From Nonlabens ponticola (GTDB lineage: Bacteria > Bacteroidota > Bacteroidia > Flavobacteriales > Flavobacteriaceae): DNA of 32,000 nt. Positions 27,635 through 32,000 of the stretch are shown one piece after another; positions within the stretch are counted from its first letter, which is position 1, and each line of letters starts with the position of its first letter. Where the stretch lies: the NCBI RefSeq assembly GCF_003966335.1, contig NZ_CP034549.1, positions 780,001 to 812,000 of the forward strand, given 5' to 3'. The notes beneath the pieces were generated by a model. The model saw nothing but the letters and a program-made list of their open reading frames with translations. It was not told the DNA's origin and did not search any database. The position numbers and the translations under genes were made by a program.

Positions 27635-28216
27635 ATGAAAAAAATAGTAGTATTTGCTAGTGGTGGTGGCAGCAATGCACAGGCAATCATGGATCATTTC
27701 AAGGATCATAAACAGGTGCAGGTAAGCTTGATACTCTCAAACAATCCACGTGCAGGCGTGCTGGATCGTGCTAGAGCTGCTGGTATTGAGGCGTTAAGTT
27801 TTAATAAGTATGCTTTCGCGAAAGCTAACTCCATACACACCTTACTGCAACATCACCAGCCTGATCTAATAGTCCTGGCTGGATTTTTATGGAAAGTCCC
27901 ACAATTTTTGATAGAAGATTTCCCGAATAAAATAGTCAATATCCATCCTGCATTGCTGCCTAAATATGGCGGTAAAGGCATGTATGGCAAGCATGTGCAT
28001 GAAGCTGTGGTACAAAATGGAGAGGCGCAAAGCGGTATCACGATCCATTATGTAAACGAGCATTATGATGAGGGCGCGATTATCAAGCAGGCGACTTGTG
28101 ATCTACAACCAGATGACAACGCGCAAGAAGTAGCGAGCAAAGTGTTGGCGCTAGAGCACAAATATTATCCTCAAGTCATTGAGAACTTATTGAGCGATCA
28201 TGGCGACCAAAAATAA
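27635..28216 (+). CDS. purN: Phosphoribosylglycinamide formyltransferase
   Basis: 193 aa. FASGGGSNAQAI, LAGFL and NIHPALLPKYGG motifs. Confidence 0.92.
   Translation: MKKIVVFASGGGSNAQAIMDHFKDHKQVQVSLILSNNPRAGVLDRARAAGIEALSFNKYAFAKANSIHTLLQHHQPDLIVLAGFLWKVPQFLIEDFPNKIVNIHPALLPKYGGKGMYGKHVHEAVVQNGEAQSGITIHYVNEHYDEGAIIKQATCDLQPDDNAQEVASKVLALEHKYYPQVIENLLSDHGDQK
27812..27825. repeat. Iterated palindrome GCTTTCGCGAAAGC, copy 9
   Basis: Exact match inside purN, starting at codon 60, read as Y-AFAKA-N. Confidence 0.97.
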
Positions 28217-28832
28217 ATTCTACACCGTTTGGGATGGCCACACGCCAGGCGTTTACAGCAGCTGGAAAGATTGCCAGATTCAAATCAAAAATTATCTTGG
28301 GGCAAAATACAAAGGCTTTCCAACTAAGGAAGCCGCTACTGAGGCACTGAATGGTAATTATTGGGAACACGTGGGTAAGCAAAAAAAGGCTGCGATCAAT
28401 AAAGAGCTGCTCAAGAAAGTAGGCGCGCCCATCATGAATTCCATAAGTGTAGATGCGGCTTGCAGCGGTAATCCAGGAACAATGGAATATCGTGGCGTGC
28501 TCACGCACAATAAAAAGGAAATCTTTAAAATGGGACCTTATCAGCACAGTACTAATAATATAGGTGAGTTCCTGGCGCTGGTACATATTCTCGCACTGGC
28601 AAAACGAAAAGGCGACAAGCGTCCTATATATAGTGATAGCCGTACTGCTATGAGTTGGGTGCGCAATAAAAAGGTAAAGACTACTTTAAAACCCAATGCG
28701 CGCAACCAAGATTCCTTTGAGTTGGTGGAACGAGCGCTGGCATGGTTGCAAACCAATAGCTATGAAAATCCAATCCTCAAATGGGAAACCAAAGCTTGGG
28801 GCGAGATTCCAGCAGATTTTGGTAGGAAATAA
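28200..28832 (+). CDS. RNase H1-type ribonuclease H with N-terminal hybrid-binding (viroplasmin-like) domain
   Basis: 210 aa. N-terminal FYTVWDGHTPGVYSSWKDCQIQIKNYLGAKYKGFPTKEAA, followed by an RNase H core (VDAACSGNPGTMEYRGV, IYSDSRTAMSWV, WGEIPADFG). Overlaps purN by 17 nt. Confidence 0.8.
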   Translation: MATKNKFYTVWDGHTPGVYSSWKDCQIQIKNYLGAKYKGFPTKEAATEALNGNYWEHVGKQKKAAINKELLKKVGAPIMNSISVDAACSGNPGTMEYRGVLTHNKKEIFKMGPYQHSTNNIGEFLALVHILALAKRKGDKRPIYSDSRTAMSWVRNKKVKTTLKPNARNQDSFELVERALAWLQTNSYENPILKWETKAWGEIPADFGRK

Positions 28833-28835
28833 GAA

Positions 28836-29630
28836 ATGTCACTGAAACATTCAGAAATGAAACGCAGATTACACCATTTTCTCAATACCAGAATATTTTC
28901 ACAATTTATTTATTGGTTGATTGTCAGTAATGTAATAAGCATTATTTTGGAATCATATGCATCCTTGCGAGGTGAGTACGGTGATTTATTTTTTGGGTTT
29001 GAAGTTTTTTCCGTCGTTGTTTTTACAATAGAGTATGTGGTCCGCATCTATGTGGCACCTATAGATTATCCATCAGTAAATAATTTACAGGCGCGTATTC
29101 GCTTTTTGAAATCTGGATATGGAATTATTGATTTACTAGCGATACTTCCTTTTTATCTTCCATTTGTTTTGATTCTAGATTTAAGAATTCTAAGGATACT
29201 GCGCCTCATAAGACTACTTCGTATTTTTAAAATTGGTAGACATTCAAAAGCTTTACGGACTATATTGGAAGTCCTCAAAGAAACACGATCTGAATTGTCA
29301 ATTACCTTCTTTGTAGCGTTTGTTATGTTATTACTTTCTTCAACGCTCATGTATTATTTTGAGAATGAAGTGCAGCCTGAAAATTTTGCGAGTATTGGTC
29401 ATGCGTTCTGGTGGGCAATCGCGACGTTAACAACAGTTGGCTATGGCGACGTATATCCCGTTACTCCTATAGGGAAAATTTTGGCAGGAGTAACCGCACT
29501 CATTGGTATTGGTTTTCTGGCTTTGCCTACTGGCATTATAAGCTCAGCTTTCGTAGAAAAAATAAAAAGTGATAAAGAGAATGTTCAATGCACCTGTCCT
29601 GAATGCGGTCATATTATAGAAGACAAATAA
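28836..29630 (+). CDS. Voltage-gated-type (6TM) potassium channel
   Basis: 264 aa. S4 arginine ladder LRILRILRLIRLLRIFKIGRH and selectivity filter TLTTVGYGD. Short cytoplasmic tail ending in CTCPECGH. Confidence 0.87.
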   Translation: MSLKHSEMKRRLHHFLNTRIFSQFIYWLIVSNVISIILESYASLRGEYGDLFFGFEVFSVVVFTIEYVVRIYVAPIDYPSVNNLQARIRFLKSGYGIIDLLAILPFYLPFVLILDLRILRILRLIRLLRIFKIGRHSKALRTILEVLKETRSELSITFFVAFVMLLLSSTLMYYFENEVQPENFASIGHAFWWAIATLTTVGYGDVYPVTPIGKILAGVTALIGIGFLALPTGIISSAFVEKIKSDKENVQCTCPECGHIIEDK

Positions 29631-30095
29631 ATGATTGAAATAGAGCGTAAATTCCTAGTCAAGAATACTGACTTTTTAAAAGGCCAAAAGGGTGAGCGTA
29701 TTGTTCAAGGCTATTTGAGTAGCGACCCAGCACGCAACGTGCGCGTGCGTGTCAAAGGCGAGCAAGCATACTTGACCATTAAAGGGATTTCAAACGCATC
29801 AGGCACCAGCCGTTATGAATGGGAAAAAGAAATTGATAATGTAGAGGCTCAAGAACTACTCACCATCTGCCTGCCTGGTGTGATCGATAAAACCAGATAT
29901 GAGATTCCTGTCGGAAAACATGTTTATGAAATTGATGTTTTTCATGAATCAAATGACGGACTCATTATCGCAGAGATCGAGCTGGAAGATGAGCATGAAA
30001 CCATTGAAAAACCAGAATGGCTAGGTGATGAGGTGACTGGTGATGTGAGGTATTACAATTCTTATTTGGTAAACATGCCTTATAAGTCTTGGTAA
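29631..30095 (+). CDS. CYTH-domain protein (triphosphate tunnel metalloenzyme, CyaB/ThTPase family)
   Basis: 154 aa. N-terminal EIERKFLV signature and acidic/basic strand pattern (RVRV, EIELE). The ATG directly follows the channel stop codon (TAAATG). Confidence 0.8.
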   Translation: MIEIERKFLVKNTDFLKGQKGERIVQGYLSSDPARNVRVRVKGEQAYLTIKGISNASGTSRYEWEKEIDNVEAQELLTICLPGVIDKTRYEIPVGKHVYEIDVFHESNDGLIIAEIELEDEHETIEKPEWLGDEVTGDVRYYNSYLVNMPYKSW

Positions 30096-30112
30096 GGATC
30101 TACTGTAGATCT

Positions 30113-30901
30113 CTATCTGCAATAATTATCGCTGTAGAGCGAAACCACCTTTTTACCAACGCCTATCTCGTCCGCAAAATGTGGTAAGTCCAATCCTCGT
30201 TCTATCGCTACTGTCGTATAATATTCTTCACGCGGCAAATGATCTACGGTAATGACGTGATAGTAATCTAGCTTTTTATTGAGTTCAAGCAATAGCAGTA
30301 CTTTTTCTATCAAGATGGATTGCTCAGTCAGATTTACGGGTGCTTGTGGATTTTCTAAGTCTTTTTTACCAGCGAGATACTTTATAGGATGGCGTTCATC
30401 TCCTATCAATCCACCGGCGCGGATGATGGTAGTATTTGCAAAAGCCATCAATATAACCTGCTCACCAGCGATGATCTTGCGATCCTTTGGGCTGCTGGCA
30501 TTAGGTGTTGAATTCTCATTATACAAGGGCAAATGAACCATATCTTCAAAAACCGAGGTAGTTGAGATAAAAATCAATCTCTTGATCTGTTCAAATAGAT
30601 TGATGTTTCTAACCAGTAATTGCAATCTTCCAGCATAGTCGCTTTCAGGATTTGATCGCAAGCCTGGCGGAATATTTACGATCAACGCATCCAGATCCTG
30701 CAGGAATTCATCGATACCACCATCAATCGTGGTCTCTTTCAATTCTACCATATAAGGATCAATACCTAGATCACGCAGTTCTTGCAGCTTTTCTAGTCTG
30801 GTTGTGCTGCCTTTTACACGATGTCCTTTTTCAATTAATGCAGTTGCTAGTGGCGTTCCCAACCAGCCGCACCCTAAAATGCCTATAGTTTTATTGCTCA
30901 T
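30113..30901 (-). CDS. NAD(P)-binding Rossmann-fold protein (YeeZ-like, epimerase/dehydratase superfamily)
   Basis: IGILGCGWLGTPLA dinucleotide-binding motif right after the ATG at 30901 (MSNKT). I prefer this start over the more upstream one at 30952. It overlaps the upstream gene by 11 nt. Confidence 0.65.
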   Translation of the reverse strand: MSNKTIGILGCGWLGTPLATALIEKGHRVKGSTTRLEKLQELRDLGIDPYMVELKETTIDGGIDEFLQDLDALIVNIPPGLRSNPESDYAGRLQLLVRNINLFEQIKRLIFISTTSVFEDMVHLPLYNENSTPNASSPKDRKIIAGEQVILMAFANTTIIRAGGLIGDERHPIKYLAGKKDLENPQAPVNLTEQSILIEKVLLLLELNKKLDYYHVITVDHLPREEYYTTVAIERGLDLPHFADEIGVGKKVVSLYSDNYCR

Positions 30902-32000
30902 CGCGTGCCGTTTCAATTCGTTTCTTGACCACAATGGCGTCATTAAGAACAAAAGGTGCTGGAATCTCGCCTTCAGGTCTTGGATCGACGGCTAATTCTT
31001 GCGATTGCAGCAGGTCAAAACTTGCTGCATAGACTTCAAATACTGGATCTTCATCCTTTTCAAAAGTAAGTTCCATCACTAATGGTGAACCGTTAGATAC
31101 GTAGTAGGAAATCAATCGGTTACCGCGTCTGCGAGCAAATGGCTTACCGGCATCGTTTACGGGTGCGTTGACACCATTAATTTTGGCTGCATTAAATTGG
31201 AATCGCTTGTCTGCAAAAACTTCCCATCGATCAACGCGATCCTTACTATTCACCACAAGTTTGATTTGTCGTTGATCGCCTATGATGGTATCTACGGTGA
31301 TTTTGGAATTGATCGTTTTTAACGATCTGTACTCTGCTGGCGTTGTATGGCTATATCTACTGGCATATTTTGAATCGATGGTGTTGCCGTCATCTTTGCC
31401 ATCATTTTTTTCAGGATCAATTTTTTCCAGCGTCCAGTCGCTCAAATTGTGGTCATAGGTTGCCCATTGTGCTGTGTTATCATCTGCATTTGCTAGGTAG
31501 ATCAAGCTTGTTTTTTGTGGCTGTGTTGGTGAGAATTCCGCTTTCGCGAAAGCATAACCAGCAAAAGCAAATCCTACAAACAAGGAGATCAAACCTAATA
31601 TGTGCTTCTTGCGATAGTGGCCCAAAACAGGCACCAGCAATCCAAAAATGAGTACGCTGAGCACGGCTGCCACAAAGAGAATCTTCATGCCCAGCGCCAC
31701 GGGAAATCCCTTGATGAATGGAGTGAAAACAAATATCACTGGAGTAGTAAAAATCAAAAGCAACAAATAATTGGGCCTCTTTTTATAGATGTTGAGCCAT
31801 AGCATGATCAATCCAGCAAACAGCGGCACGATGAAAAAGCCTGCACCAGGCAAGTAAGCCGCTGGAATCAAACCGCTCTCACTAACGGGAAACGCTACAA
31901 TAAAACAGATGATCCATAGAAAAACGAGTGGTGCTACACTGTGGCTCGCCACTCGATCCTTATGATAAAACGCATGGTATATAAAGAATGTGATGGCAGT
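30891..32000 (-). CDS. Multi-pass membrane protein, 3' portion (the reading frame stays open to the window edge). Possibly the C-terminal part of a large membrane-anchored peptidase, but this is unverified.
   Basis: The frame remains open from 31953 to 32000 upstream of the GTG that the ORF track uses. There are several hydrophobic helices, then a soluble C-terminal domain. Confidence 0.55.
   Translation of the reverse strand, partial: TAITFFIYHAFYHKDRVASHSVAPLVFLWIICFIVAFPVSESGLIPAAYLPGAGFFIVPLFAGLIMLWLNIYKKRPNYLLLLIFTTPVIFVFTPFIKGFPVALGMKILFVAAVLSVLIFGLLVPVLGHYRKKHILGLISLFVGFAFAGYAFAKAEFSPTQPQKTSLIYLANADDNTAQWATYDHNLSDWTLEKIDPEKNDGKDDGNTIDSKYASRYSHTTPAEYRSLKTINSKITVDTIIGDQRQIKLVVNSKDRVDRWEVFADKRFQFNAAKINGVNAPVNDAGKPFARRRGNRLISYYVSNGSPLVMELTFEKDEDPVFEVYAASFDLLQSQELAVDPRPEGEIPAPFVLNDAIVVKKRIETARDEQ
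31540..31553. repeat. Iterated palindrome GCTTTCGCGAAAGC, copy 10
   Basis: Exact match inside the partial membrane-protein gene, read as GY-AFAKA-EFSP. The 24-mer at 31530-31553 is identical to that of copy 8. Confidence 0.97.

Noticed and set aside
499-31553. The palindrome as a parS (ParB-binding) site, because both contain TTTC...GAAA arms
   Set aside because: Consensus parS is TGTTTCACGTGAAACA, with a 4-bp ACGT centre. Here the arms are separated by only GC (TTTC-GC-GAAA) and the outer bases differ. parS sites are also few and cluster near ori, not one every 3.4 kb.
499-31553. The palindrome as an intrinsic terminator, a REP/BIME element or a MITE
   Set aside because: Eight of ten copies lie inside intact CDSs. 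No U-tract follows either intergenic copy. The stem would be only about 5 bp around a CGCG loop. There is no shared element body, terminal inverted repeat or target-site duplication.
1-32000. A hidden defence, mobile or secondary-metabolite island
   Set aside because: Every sizeable ORF has a plausible housekeeping assignment. No integrase, transposase, restriction, Cas, toxin-antitoxin or phage-like genes are seen, and no compositional break is obvious by eye. The novelty signal here is the iterated palindrome and not a gene cassette.

Overview
This window looks like an ordinary, densely packed housekeeping segment of a Bacteroidota (Flavobacteriia-like) chromosome. The lineage call rests on four things: an IPExxxVDY-family gene between rnc and pyk, an OmpA protein with thrombospondin type-3 repeats, TAnnTTTG -7-type boxes, and no Shine-Dalgarno sequences. 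About 31 credible CDSs and one tRNA are supported:

- a heme cluster, hemD-hemE-(TrkH/KtrB-like)-(EI24-like)-hemF
- queD, preceded by a coupled 44-aa membrane ORF
- a MATE exporter
- tRNA-Ala(GGC)
- two alpha/beta hydrolases
- an AddB-like / AddA-like helicase-nuclease pair, separated by an OmpA/TSP3 gene and kbl
- Fe/Mn superoxide dismutase, purF, a PfkB kinase, an NAD(P)H-binding protein and dinB
- pyk, the IPExxxVDY protein, rnc, fabF and acpP
- purN, an RNase H1 with a hybrid-binding domain, a 6TM voltage-gated-type K+ channel and a CYTH protein
- a YeeZ-like NAD-binding protein and a 3'-partial membrane protein

I found no transposase, integrase, CRISPR array, toxin-antitoxin pair or recognisable defence island.

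The one signal the gene map does not explain is a perfect 14-bp palindrome, GCTTTCGCGAAAGC. It occurs 10 times in 32 kb, against far fewer than 0.01 expected. Eight copies lie inside unrelated CDSs, where they read AFAKA or LSRK. Spacing is unusually even, at 2.3-4.9 kb. Some copies share longer asymmetric flanks. It behaves like a highly iterated palindrome or uptake-signal-like genomic word rather than a terminator, REP or MITE.

Secondary oddities include a 12-unit octamer array between the convergent dinB and pyk genes, membrane-transport genes embedded in the heme operon, and a K+ channel directly abutted by a CYTH gene.
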